Shown: positions 16,345 through 25,185 of the stretch, piece by piece
How the letters are laid out: each line of letters starts with the position of its first letter
How positions within the stretch are numbered: the stretch's first letter is position 1
NCBI GenBank assembly: GCA_021798415.1
Contig: JAJZGO010000002.1
Span: 159 to 64,158, forward strand
Direction of reading: 5' to 3'
Origin: Thermoplasmata archaeon
GTDB lineage: Archaea > Thermoplasmatota > Thermoplasmata > Lutacidiplasmatales > UBA184
DNA length: 64,000 nt
Translations under genes and position numbers: made by a program
The notes under the pieces: generated by a model
Told to the model about the DNA's origin: nothing
Databases searched by the model: none
Seen by the model: the letters and a program-made list of their open reading frames with translations, nothing else

Positions 16345-18336
16345 TTGAGCGAAGGCCCAGGAGTCGTCGACGGGGGAGGCGCGGCCCGGCGGGCGGGCGA
16401 TGGGGGTACGGAGGCTCGCCTCGAGCTCGCGGGGGGAGTCGTAGCCTACAACGAAGAGGCCCACATCCAGCGGGCTCTGGAGTCGCTCCTGGCCCAAGAC
16501 CTTCCGGACGGGGTCCGCTGGGGGCAGATCTGGGTCGTCGCGAGCGGCTGCACGGACCGAACGGTCGAGATCGCCCGGGGAGTGGCCGCCCGCGACCCGA
16601 GGGTCATGGTCGTCGTCGAGCCGGAGCGGACCGGAAAGGCGCGGGCCCTTCGCGAGATCTTCCACCGCGCCCGGGGCCACGCGGTGGTGCTCCTGAACTC
16701 GGACGCCGAGGCGGCGCCGGGAGCCGTAGCCGAACTCCTTCGGCGCGCACGAGGGCACTCCCCTCCCTACGCCGTCATGGCCCGCCCCGTCGTGTCCCCC
16801 GACGCCCCGGGTCGCATGGCCCCGCTACTGCGATTGATGTGGGACCTCCATCACGAGTTCCATCTCCACCTCGCGTCGGAAGGCGGAGGAGCTCACCTCT
16901 CCGACGAGCTTCTCCTCGTCAGCCTCGACCCTCACCCGCCGCTTCCGGAGGGGATCGTCAACGACGGCTCGTACTTCGGGGTCTGGCTGGCGCAGCACGG
17001 AGGGCGACGACTCTACGCGCCCGGGGCCCGCGTGCAGATCGCGATCCCGACGCGACTCACGGACCACCTCCACCAGCGCCGGCGGATCCACGTCGGGAAC
17101 TCCCAGGTCACCGCGGCCCTCGGTCGACGGCCGAGCACCCTCGTGGGACACGCGCGGTCTACGCCGGGCGCGGTGGCGAGGGTGGTCCAGCGATCGGCGC
17201 GCCGTCAGACCCGGGGCTGGCGACGGTTCGTGGCGCTGACGGCCCTCGAGCTCGCGGCGGCTACCCTCTCCTTCTGGGACCGACTGCCCCCGCCGAAGGA
17301 CCACGTCCGCTGGCAGCGGATCCGACCCCCGGCTCCGCGAACCGCCCCTCGCTCGCTCTCGCGCGCTCGTCTCTCGCACAACGCGAGGGGACTGACCGCC
17401 CCGCCTCTCGAGCTGCGGGTAGCGACCTTGGTGGACGTGGCGGCGCGATTCGGGACGGGCATCGCGCTGCCGGACCTCATCTCCCTCCTCCCTCCCGACG
17501 GGCCCTTTACGCCGGGGGACACTCGGGGCTGGCTGGAAGGCCATCCCAGCCTCGCGCGAGTGGACGGTGACCTGGTCCTTGCCCCACGCGCGACCACGGT
17601 CGGGCAGGACGAGCGGCGGACCCGAGGAGAGGCGTCCCTTCGCCACGCGCTCGGGCTGTTCAACGGACCGCTTCGACCGACCCGCAATTGGGTTCGCTGC
17701 GTCTCCGTCACCGGCTCGGTCGCCTACGGCGAGCCGCAGCCGGAGGACGACCTGGACCTGTTCGTGGTCGTTCGAAAGGGGGCGCTTTGGTGGTTCCTGG
17801 GCTACACGTACCTGGCCCTGCGGATCGAGCGGTGGCGTCGGGGCCGCGGGTTCGGACCGGTCGCGTGCTTCAATTACACGATCGAGGACTCGACGGCCGC
17901 CGAGGCACTGACCGAACGCCGTGACTTCCTGACGGCCCGCGACGCGCTCTCGGCGAAGCCTATCCTGGGAGCGTCCTACTATCAGGGACTCCTCGCCCGC
18001 TGCCCGTGGATGGCCACCGAGATCCCGCGATTGTATGCGGTCCGCGCTCGACCTTCCGACGACCCCGATTCCCTCCCCGCGCCGATCGCGCTCCGGGTCG
18101 CGGACGCGGTCGTCTACCCTCTCCTCGCGACGTACCTTCAATTGGCCGGTCTCTGGAGGAACGCGCGGAATCGTTCCAACGAGACCGGGGCCTTCCGGAC
18201 GGTGACGCGATTGGGACGCATCGCCTTCGTTTCCCGTCGATTCGAGGCTCTCCGTTCCCAGTACGTGGAAGGGCGCGAGCCGTCGGAGGCATCGACGGGG
18301 GTAACGTATCCGTCGGCGCTCCCGTCCGCCCGATGA
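16345..18336 (+). CDS. GT2 glycosyltransferase fused to a C-terminal minimal (Pol-beta-type) nucleotidyltransferase domain
   Basis: N-terminal GT-A domain GGVVAYNEEAHIQRALESLLAQ...VLLNSDAE. C-terminal segment VTGSVAYGEPQPEDDLDLFVVV matches the G[SG]x9-13DxD nucleotidyltransferase signature. No in-frame stop separates the two domains. Confidence 0.7.
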   Translation: MSEGPGVVDGGGAARRAGDGGTEARLELAGGVVAYNEEAHIQRALESLLAQDLPDGVRWGQIWVVASGCTDRTVEIARGVAARDPRVMVVVEPERTGKARALREIFHRARGHAVVLLNSDAEAAPGAVAELLRRARGHSPPYAVMARPVVSPDAPGRMAPLLRLMWDLHHEFHLHLASEGGGAHLSDELLLVSLDPHPPLPEGIVNDGSYFGVWLAQHGGRRLYAPGARVQIAIPTRLTDHLHQRRRIHVGNSQVTAALGRRPSTLVGHARSTPGAVARVVQRSARRQTRGWRRFVALTALELAAATLSFWDRLPPPKDHVRWQRIRPPAPRTAPRSLSRARLSHNARGLTAPPLELRVATLVDVAARFGTGIALPDLISLLPPDGPFTPGDTRGWLEGHPSLARVDGDLVLAPRATTVGQDERRTRGEASLRHALGLFNGPLRPTRNWVRCVSVTGSVAYGEPQPEDDLDLFVVVRKGALWWFLGYTYLALRIERWRRGRGFGPVACFNYTIEDSTAAEALTERRDFLTARDALSAKPILGASYYQGLLARCPWMATEIPRLYAVRARPSDDPDSLPAPIALRVADAVVYPLLATYLQLAGLWRNARNRSNETGAFRTVTRLGRIAFVSRRFEALRSQYVEGREPSEASTGVTYPSALPSAR

Positions 18337-19283
18337 CGAACGGCGACGCGCACGAGTCCGTCAGCGACTACGCGCGGTTCGACTTCGCGGCGCAATGGCG
18401 GGGTCGGGAAAGGGTCACCGAGGTGGAGCGGGCGATCGTCTCGCGCCAGCTGGGCTCGGCGGACCGACGACGGATCCTCGAGCTGGGCACGGGCTTCGGG
18501 CGGCTCCTCAGCGCCCTCACCGAGCTCGGCGGAGAGGTCGTCGCCACCGACTTCGACGTCGAGAGCCTGAACGGTCTGCCCGCGAGAGCCGGGTCGAGTC
18601 GGCCCCTGCGCGTCGCGGCGAACATCTACCACCTGCCGTTCGTGGACGGGGCGTTCACGAGCGCGTCGATGGTCCGGGTCTACCACCACCTCTCGGATCC
18701 GGTGGCCGCCCTGGCCGAGGTCGGCCGCGTCCTCCGGGGCGGAGGCCGATTCCTCGTCTCGTACAACCCGAAGCCCACGCTCGGGACGCTCGTCAACGAC
18801 ATCCAACGCGCGATCCATCCGTCCCCCCGCACGCGATTCCGGTCGACCACGTTCGCCCGAGGGCCCGTCACGCTCGACCCCGAACCGTTCCCGGTGTACG
18901 TCGCGAGCCGCCGCGAGTTCGAGCGGACCGTACGGGCGGTCGGGTTCCGGCCGGTCAGCGAGGTCGTCTCGGGCCTGGAGGAGTACTACCTGATGCGACG
19001 CGTCCCCGCGGGCGTGTTCGTCCGGCTCGGGAGCGCCCTCGGCCGGGCGCCGGCCTTTCCCGCCCGGTTCGCCGTGCTGGAAAAGGACCAACGGCCCGGA
19101 GCGTCGCTCCCCGACCTCGAACGGATCCTCGCGTGTCCTCGATGCCGGACTCCGTTCTCCCCCGGGAGCGGCGATGGCCCACCGGTCTCTTGTGCGTGCG
19201 GGTATCGGGGAACGATCCGGGGAGCCGTCCTCGACCTCCGCTATGTCCCCGAGGGGGTCCGGCGGTGGGAGGCCCCGACGTGA
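18333..19283 (+). CDS. Class I SAM-dependent methyltransferase with C-terminal Trm112-like zinc ribbon
   Basis: ILELGTGFGRLL (motif I) ... VATDFD ... RVLRGGGRFLVS. C-terminal CPRCRTPFS...CACGY. The ATG at 18333 overlaps the upstream stop as ATGA. Confidence 0.7.
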   Translation: MTNGDAHESVSDYARFDFAAQWRGRERVTEVERAIVSRQLGSADRRRILELGTGFGRLLSALTELGGEVVATDFDVESLNGLPARAGSSRPLRVAANIYHLPFVDGAFTSASMVRVYHHLSDPVAALAEVGRVLRGGGRFLVSYNPKPTLGTLVNDIQRAIHPSPRTRFRSTTFARGPVTLDPEPFPVYVASRREFERTVRAVGFRPVSEVVSGLEEYYLMRRVPAGVFVRLGSALGRAPAFPARFAVLEKDQRPGASLPDLERILACPRCRTPFSPGSGDGPPVSCACGYRGTIRGAVLDLRYVPEGVRRWEAPT

Positions 19284-19689
19284 GCGGGACCCCGGAAGCC
19301 GGGCCCGGCGGCCGCCTCGGACGCGGGCCGTCGAGCCCCGAACGCACGAGCAGTTCCTGGGGAGGGAGCTCTACGGCCATCTCTCCTCTCTCCCCCACTT
19401 GGGGATCGAGGTCACACGTCCAGGGTAAGCCGGAAGTTTGCCCAACTTGTCACAAGACGGAAAACTTGGCGACGGCCACCAACTCCTCGGGCGGGTCGGA
19501 GCACTGAAGCGCCGAGTCGAGCGCCTCGGCGACGTGCCCTCGGCGGCTCTATGCCATGACGACAACCGCGTGCGAAGCCGGGGGAATGGCCGGGACGGCC
19601 CGGCATCGGGCTCGGGGCCTGCCGGAGCGTCCGGGAAGTCCGCCTCCCGGGACTCCAACGGAGGAGAGGGGAGGACCTTCGAAACTCAG

Positions 19690-20889
19690 TTACGCCCCTC
19701 CGTTCCCAGTCGAGGGGGCCCGGGGCGAGACTTCCCGAAAGAGCTGAACGTATTCCGCCGCCACGACCGACCAATCGAACCGGGCGGCACGCTCGCGCCC
19801 TGCGGCGCCGAAGCGCACCCGAAGCTCCGGGTCCGCGAGGACGGTCCGGATCCCCTCGGCGAGCGCCGCGGGATCCTCGGGAGGCACCAGTAGGCCGCTC
19901 CTTCCCTCCTCCACGGCCTCGGGGACGCCTCCGACCCGCGTGGCCACGACCGGTAGCCCGGCCGCCATTGCCTCGAGCACGACCACGGGAAAGGAATCGA
20001 ATCGTGAGGGGAGCACGAGGAGCTCCGCGGAGGCGTACTCCTCGACGAGGCGCTCGCGCGAGACGGCGCCCAGCGCCTCCATGCGGTCCGATACCCCGAG
20101 CGATCGGGCCAACGCCAGCGTGGAGTCGAGACCCCCCCAGTCCGCCCCGACCAATCGGAGGCGGGAACGGAACCCTCGAGGGACCTTGGCGAACGCCCGT
20201 ACGAGAGTCCCGAGGCCCTTCTGCTGGGCGCTGAGTCGGCCCACGAATAGTATCACCGGCTCCTCCGCAGGTTTCAAGCGCGCCGGCAACGCTGCGAACT
20301 CTCCGACATCGATCCCGGGCGGGATCACACGGATCCGCTCGCGAGGAGCCCCGAGGCCGGCGAGCCAATCCCGCTCGAGGCGGCTTAGGGCCACGATCCG
20401 GTCCGCACTTCGGACGGAGGTTCGAACCACGTATCGGGACCAGACCCTGGCGACCGGAGTTCCGGACCCGGGGTCCGAGTGCGTCGTGACGACGAGCGGA
20501 GTTCCTCGAAGTGCCTGGGTGAGCGCGCCGACCCACAGAGGAAAGTGACCGAACGCGTGGGCGTGCACGACATCAACGGGCGAGCGGAGCGCGTCGAGGA
20601 CCATCCCGGGCACGACGACACCGGAACCGTGAGGCATCGGGGCCGCGAGATACGCCCGATGTCTTCGAACCGCGACCGGGCCCGAGCCCGGAGAGAACTG
20701 ACCGCGGGTCATGGGCTGGTCGCGCGCAAGGTCCGAGGTGGAGACCTCTACGCGGGCCCCTGCGCTCGTGAGTTCCTTCGCAAGCCGCTCCACATACCGT
20801 TCCACGCCCCCGAGGGCCGGGGCGAACCGTTGGGTGAGCTCGAGGACGCGCAACCCGGCGAGCGGTCCCCGAGCCCCGTACCCGTTCAC
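19690..20889 (-). CDS. GT4 (group 1) glycosyltransferase
   Basis: GT4 N-domain LRVLELTQRFAPALGGVERYVERLAKEL and C-domain EPVILFVGRLSAQQKGLGTLVRAF...LVLPSRFDSFPVVVLEAMAAGLPVVATRVGGVPE. GTG start at 20889, 21 bp after the stop of the upstream membrane protein. The ORF track merges this gene into a 1137-aa read-through ORF. Confidence 0.8.
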   Translation of the reverse strand: MNGYGARGPLAGLRVLELTQRFAPALGGVERYVERLAKELTSAGARVEVSTSDLARDQPMTRGQFSPGSGPVAVRRHRAYLAAPMPHGSGVVVPGMVLDALRSPVDVVHAHAFGHFPLWVGALTQALRGTPLVVTTHSDPGSGTPVARVWSRYVVRTSVRSADRIVALSRLERDWLAGLGAPRERIRVIPPGIDVGEFAALPARLKPAEEPVILFVGRLSAQQKGLGTLVRAFAKVPRGFRSRLRLVGADWGGLDSTLALARSLGVSDRMEALGAVSRERLVEEYASAELLVLPSRFDSFPVVVLEAMAAGLPVVATRVGGVPEAVEEGRSGLLVPPEDPAALAEGIRTVLADPELRVRFGAAGRERAARFDWSVVAAEYVQLFREVSPRAPSTGNGGA

Positions 20890-20909
20890 GGCCCTGCCTT
20901 CGGGGGGGC

Positions 20910-22238
20910 TCAAGGTCGAGCCCGGGACCCCACGACGAAGATCCACGGGCGGGGATGGCCTTCGTCTCGGTAGATGGCAACGATCCACTGGACCAGCGTG
21001 ACGGTCACCATGACGGCAAGGGCCGCGAGCGCGAAAGTCCGGGCCGCTCCCCAACCGCCGCTCTGATCGATCGACGTGGTGAAGGTGAGAATCCCCGGGT
21101 CGGCCGGGGCAAGAAAGCGCATCCCAAGATCGTTGTTCACCAGCAGGTATAGCATGGAAAGGGCCACCGTGAACCACAGAAGTGCCCTCCGACCGGGGTG
21201 GAAGGTCGCGGCGTCCAGAGCAGCCGGAGCGAACAGGAAGAGCATGTACTGCTCGTAGAGACCCCACCGAAGCAAGAGAAAGGCGGTGACGATCAGCATC
21301 AGGGCTCGAAGCTCCGACCGGGCGTCGTTTTCGCTCACCCATCTCGCCGCGGCCCATCCGGCGACGATCACGCCGGGTATCCAGGCGTACTGGACCAGGG
21401 TGTAGAAGCCGGGCACGAGGGAGAGGACGGAGACCACGTAGGGTAGGCTGAGGAGGAAGGCGAGGTTCATGCCGAGCCCTCCGCCGTGAACTTGGGAGCC
21501 GGACACGGGTCCGAGGAATGCGATCGACCACCCTTCGGCGGCGAAGGCGAGTGCGGTGAGCGCGGCCGGCACTGCGAGCGCGGTCAGCATCGCGAGGCGA
21601 CGGAAGCGGCGCTCGCGCAGGAACTCGAGAGGCAGGAAGATGACGGTGACCCACTTCGCGAAAATCCCGATGCCGTAGAGAACGTTCCGCGACAACGACC
21701 CTCGGAACCACAGCGTGCCGAGGAGCACCAGAACTACGATCGAGTCGAACTGCCCCCAAATCGCCGTGATGATTACCGCATACGAGAAGAACGACCAGAA
21801 GACGAGGAGACCCAGAGCGGCCCGCTCGTCGAACGCCCATCGAAGGGCGAGCCGGTAGAGAATGTAGGCGGTCCCGACGTCCGCCAGGATCCCGGGTTGC
21901 TTCAGAAGGAAGTAGAGGACGAAGCGGTTCCCTCCACCGACGAAGTCCCACAGCCGGTAGAGCCCTCCGAGCGTCAGCGGCCACAACGGCAGGTACGACG
22001 CCGAGGAGATGCTCGCCGAAGTGTAGGAGAAGCTGACACCGGGGACCGCGGGCAAGAACCCGTTGTACGGGTTCGCCCCTCGGGAGACCTGGTAGCCGGT
22101 TCGGATCCAAACCTCGAAGTCGTAGGGGTGTCCCGTCCAGAACGAGAACAGCTCTCGCAGGAGCAGGCCCCCTAGGAGGAACGTCCCAGCCCTCGAGGAG
22201 AGAGCCCGAGCTAGTGCGGGAACGGGACCAGATGGCAT
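20910..22238 (-). CDS. Polytopic membrane protein, probable GT-C-fold glycosyltransferase (DUF2029 / ArnT / PMT-like)
   Basis: 442 aa with about 10-12 TM helices, rich in W/F/Y, and a periplasmic-loop pattern resembling GT-C mannosyltransferases. Directly upstream of GT4 on the same strand. Confidence 0.6.
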   Translation of the reverse strand: MPSGPVPALARALSSRAGTFLLGGLLLRELFSFWTGHPYDFEVWIRTGYQVSRGANPYNGFLPAVPGVSFSYTSASISSASYLPLWPLTLGGLYRLWDFVGGGNRFVLYFLLKQPGILADVGTAYILYRLALRWAFDERAALGLLVFWSFFSYAVIITAIWGQFDSIVVLVLLGTLWFRGSLSRNVLYGIGIFAKWVTVIFLPLEFLRERRFRRLAMLTALAVPAALTALAFAAEGWSIAFLGPVSGSQVHGGGLGMNLAFLLSLPYVVSVLSLVPGFYTLVQYAWIPGVIVAGWAAARWVSENDARSELRALMLIVTAFLLLRWGLYEQYMLFLFAPAALDAATFHPGRRALLWFTVALSMLYLLVNNDLGMRFLAPADPGILTFTTSIDQSGGWGAARTFALAALAVMVTVTLVQWIVAIYRDEGHPRPWIFVVGSRARP

Positions 22239-22340
22239 CGGCTGGGAGACGGAACCCGGGGGCGGCCAAATAGCCCTCGGTAACGCGGCGGAGCATCCCG
22301 CGTCTTCGTCCGCTCACGGCGAAGCGCGGGGCGACGACCT

Positions 22341-23513
22341 CTAGAGTCGAGTGTACAACAGCGACACCCACTCGGAGGCCGCCCAGGAGTACCGCCGGTC
22401 CGCCAGGAAGGCATCCCATCGACGGACTTTCTCCGAGCCGCTCTTCCCGAGGAGCCGGACGATGCGGTCGGAGTCGAACGGCGGGGCGAGGACCGATACG
22501 GAACCGGTCGAGCTCCGGCGGAATCCTTCCGAGAGGGCGCGGTCCCACTCCCGCGGGGTCCGCAGGTGCAGCGCGAGCGGATAGCGGATTCCGCCGGGAG
22601 GGACTTCGTGGCGGGTGCGATTGATGGCCGCGCGGGGGCGACCGAGGGCGAGGTCCCAGAAGAACGGGACCACGCCGGGCCGATTGAGCGAGGTGAACAG
22701 GAGCTTGCCGCCGGGGCGGAGGAGCCTCCGGAGGGCCGCCACTCCTACGTCCGGTTCGAGATTGAACGCTCCGAACGCCGAGAATGCCGCCGCGAAGTTT
22801 CCGTCCGGGATGTCTCGGAGGTCGGTTTCCAGGTCGGCGAGTCTCGCGGTTCGAGTCTCGAGCCGGTCCCCGTAGCCGCGTCGGTCGGCGGAAAGCCGCA
22901 AACGATCGAGCATGCCCTCCGAGAGATCGATCGCGGTGACCCGATGTCCGGCCGCGAGCAGAGGGAGCGTGTGGTAACCCGTGCCGGAGCCGATCTCGAG
23001 GATGGGATCGGAGCCCGAGAGCGAACTCGTGGCGATCGCGACAACCCGGTCCTTCAGGTAGCGATCGATTGGCTTCCGGGCCAGGGCCCCATCGTATCCC
23101 CAAGACACCGCATCAAACTCGCCGCGGATCCGGTCGGCCGTGGTCGAGGTTCTCGGTGCCACACCGGAGAAAACCTGGAGCGCCTCGCGCATCCTGTCGA
23201 AATGCTCCGTCCAGACGACCGCTCCGTACTTGGATTCAAACAGACTCCGGATCTGCTCGAGAGCTTCCGGACTACGGACGATCGCCACCAGCGAGGACAT
23301 CTCCCGTCCGTTCGGGAAACGGATCCGGCATCCTCCCTCGCGAACCGCCGCCGAAAACCACGCCGCGGGCGAATCGCTCGGTATCACGTAGACGGAGTCG
23401 GCGTCCTCCACGAACAGCAGAGGCACCGACGGGCCGGTCCCCGCCGTGAGGAGAAGATGGTCACGGGGGTCCGCTCGCGGGCGGTCCTCACCACCGGTGC
23501 CGGCCCGGTTCAC
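22341..23513 (-). CDS. Class I SAM methyltransferase, possibly with an N-terminal PNPOx-like (DUF385 / deazaflavin-dependent nitroreductase-like) domain
   Basis: MTase core EFDAVSWGYDG...ILEIGSGTGYHTLPLLAAGHRVTAIDLSEGML...LRPGGKLLFTS. The upstream in-frame segment DHLLLTAGTGPSVPLLFVEDADSVYVIPSDSPAAWFSAAV...SLFESKYG resembles DUF385. A GTG at 23513 forms a GTGA overlap with an upstream small ORF. If the N-domain is spurious the MTase starts at ATG 23192. Confidence 0.5.
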   Translation of the reverse strand: MNRAGTGGEDRPRADPRDHLLLTAGTGPSVPLLFVEDADSVYVIPSDSPAAWFSAAVREGGCRIRFPNGREMSSLVAIVRSPEALEQIRSLFESKYGAVVWTEHFDRMREALQVFSGVAPRTSTTADRIRGEFDAVSWGYDGALARKPIDRYLKDRVVAIATSSLSGSDPILEIGSGTGYHTLPLLAAGHRVTAIDLSEGMLDRLRLSADRRGYGDRLETRTARLADLETDLRDIPDGNFAAAFSAFGAFNLEPDVGVAALRRLLRPGGKLLFTSLNRPGVVPFFWDLALGRPRAAINRTRHEVPPGGIRYPLALHLRTPREWDRALSEGFRRSSTGSVSVLAPPFDSDRIVRLLGKSGSEKVRRWDAFLADRRYSWAASEWVSLLYTRL

Positions 23514-23659
23514 GGTCCGTGAGGGTAGAGCTCCGAGATGAGCGAAAGGACCTTCGGCGTGCTGTACCCGGCCCGCGCGACGACCCGGTCGCGGGTCCGG
23601 ATCTTCTTTAGCCCGATGAACCGCTTCGACGCGATGAAGAGATAGGAATAGGTCTTCAT
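23513..23659 (-). CDS. Small ORF (49 aa) in a locally AT-richer patch, GTGA-coupled to the downstream gene
   Basis: MKTYSYLFIASKRFIGLKKIRTRDRVVARAGYSTPKVLSLISELYPHGP. Its stop overlaps GTG 23513 of the next gene. Codon usage is atypical for this genome (tat, tcc, cta, aag). No recognisable family. Confidence 0.3.
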
Positions 23660-24115
23660 CGTGACCGCGAAAATCGCCCCCTGGGGCTCGAGCAGGACCT
23701 TGATCGTCCGTCGCTCGGAGATCCAACGGGGCGGCACGCTTTGTGGGACCGCTTCCCAAGAGATAAAGTTGAAGGGGAGGGCCGGGTCGCATCCCCGAGC
23801 CACGCAGGAGCGGCCCCCGGAGGGAGGACGCTCCGATCGGGTCCTCGAAGCCGTGTGCAGAGCGACGATGCGCGGGCCCGGCTTCGGTTGACCGGACCTT
23901 CGCGCATGGACCGTGAAAAGTACCTCGTCCGGCTATTCGTCGATGACGACTTCGAGCCCACTCCATCCAGTTCGCCGCGTGCTTCGTTCGGTCGACCCCA
24001 CCGACCCGCAGTCCAACGGACCCCCCCCTCGCTCGACGGCGGACGACGGAGCGCGGGCCGGAGCGCGACCATGCTCCCGACGAATATTTGACACACGGAC
24101 GCCGTAGGGAGAGCC

Positions 24116-24499
24116 ATGGCGCGACCGATCGCGGCCGGGGCGCTCACGATCCTCGGCGGGCTCTTCATCATGGCGGGCGGTGCGGTCCTCGCGTTCATCG
24201 GGGGCGTCCTCGCGGCCGTCCTGGGCGTCTTCAGCGGCCTCTTCCTCCTCGGGCTGGTGGTCGGGTTCCTCACGTTTCTCGTGGGGATCCTGATGCTCGC
24301 GCTCCCGTCGGCCCACACACTCCTCGGGATCGTGGTCATCCTGTTCGCCTTTGTGAGCATCCCGTTCGCGTTCGGTGGCCTGATCGTGGGGTTCTTCCTT
24401 GCGCTGACCGGCGGGATCCTGGCCGTCGCCTGGCATCCTCCGCAACCTTCCCCCGCGATCACGGTCGAGGGACGGGTGGTCTCCCCGCCGGCCCCGTAG
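24116..24499 (+). CDS. Small polytopic membrane protein (4 TM), unknown function
   Basis: 127 aa, almost entirely hydrophobic helices (LTILGGLFIMAGGAVLAFIGGVLAAVLGVFSGLFLLGLVVGFLTFLVGILML...). Confidence 0.5.
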   Translation: MARPIAAGALTILGGLFIMAGGAVLAFIGGVLAAVLGVFSGLFLLGLVVGFLTFLVGILMLALPSAHTLLGIVVILFAFVSIPFAFGGLIVGFFLALTGGILAVAWHPPQPSPAITVEGRVVSPPAP

Positions 24500-24622
24500 G
24501 CCGGTCGCGAGTTCCGCGCCCTGCCCGGCCTCTAGCCCCCGCCTCGGCGACCGACCCGGGTCGGGGGAGTTCGCTCGCGGGGTTCGGGTCGAGCGTCAAG
24601 GAAGCCTCATCTTCCGGCGAGA

Positions 24623-25105
24623 TTGTCTTTCGGGACCAGATACGGTGCGGGAGGTCCGGTGATCGTCGAGGGGAGCTTCCAAGTGCGTCGGGACCGTGAG
24701 AGCGTCTTCGCCTTCTTCACGGACGCTCGCGAGCTCATCGGTTGTCTCGATGACCCCCATACGGTCGAGGTTGCCGACCGGACGCACTTCTCCGGCACCG
24801 TGACCACGGGCGTCGCGTTCATCCGCGGCACGTTCCGCTTCTCGGGCGAGTACCGGGGCCTGGAGCGCCCCAGCCGCGTCGTCGCGGCCATCCACGGGGC
24901 GGGTCTCGGCAGCGGCCTCGACGCGACCCTCGCGACGGGCCTCGACGAGTCGAACGGGGTCACGACAGTGCGGTGGACCGCCGACCTTGCGTTCTCGGGT
25001 CCTCTCGCCACGGTCGGGGACCGCATCGTCCGCTCGACGGTCGACAAGAAGACGATGGGGCTCTTCGACCGGGCCCGCCAGCGGCTCGAGGCCAGTCCCC
25101 CGTAG
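24623..25105 (+). CDS. coxG: CoxG-like SRPBCC protein (CO dehydrogenase subunit G family)
   Basis: PVIVEGSFQVRRDRESVFAFFTDARELIGCL...GVAFIRGTFRFSGEY follows the CoxG pattern. It sits at the edge of the cox cluster. Confidence 0.7.
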   Translation: MSFGTRYGAGGPVIVEGSFQVRRDRESVFAFFTDARELIGCLDDPHTVEVADRTHFSGTVTTGVAFIRGTFRFSGEYRGLERPSRVVAAIHGAGLGSGLDATLATGLDESNGVTTVRWTADLAFSGPLATVGDRIVRSTVDKKTMGLFDRARQRLEASPP

Positions 25106-25185
25106 AGGGGGGTCGGCCGCGCATCGCAGCCGGTCACCGCAGGCTTCTTGCGGACGGCCGGTGTGTGGGCCGGCGCAGGCCCCCC

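Noticed and set aside
20890-23103. Upstream 740 codons of the 1137-aa minus-strand ORF 19690..23103
   Set aside because: Only the 3' ~400 codons (19690-20889) form a GT4 glycosyltransferase. The rest is out-of-frame read-through across the GT-C-like membrane gene and the methyltransferase gene, with Pro/Arg-rich junk.
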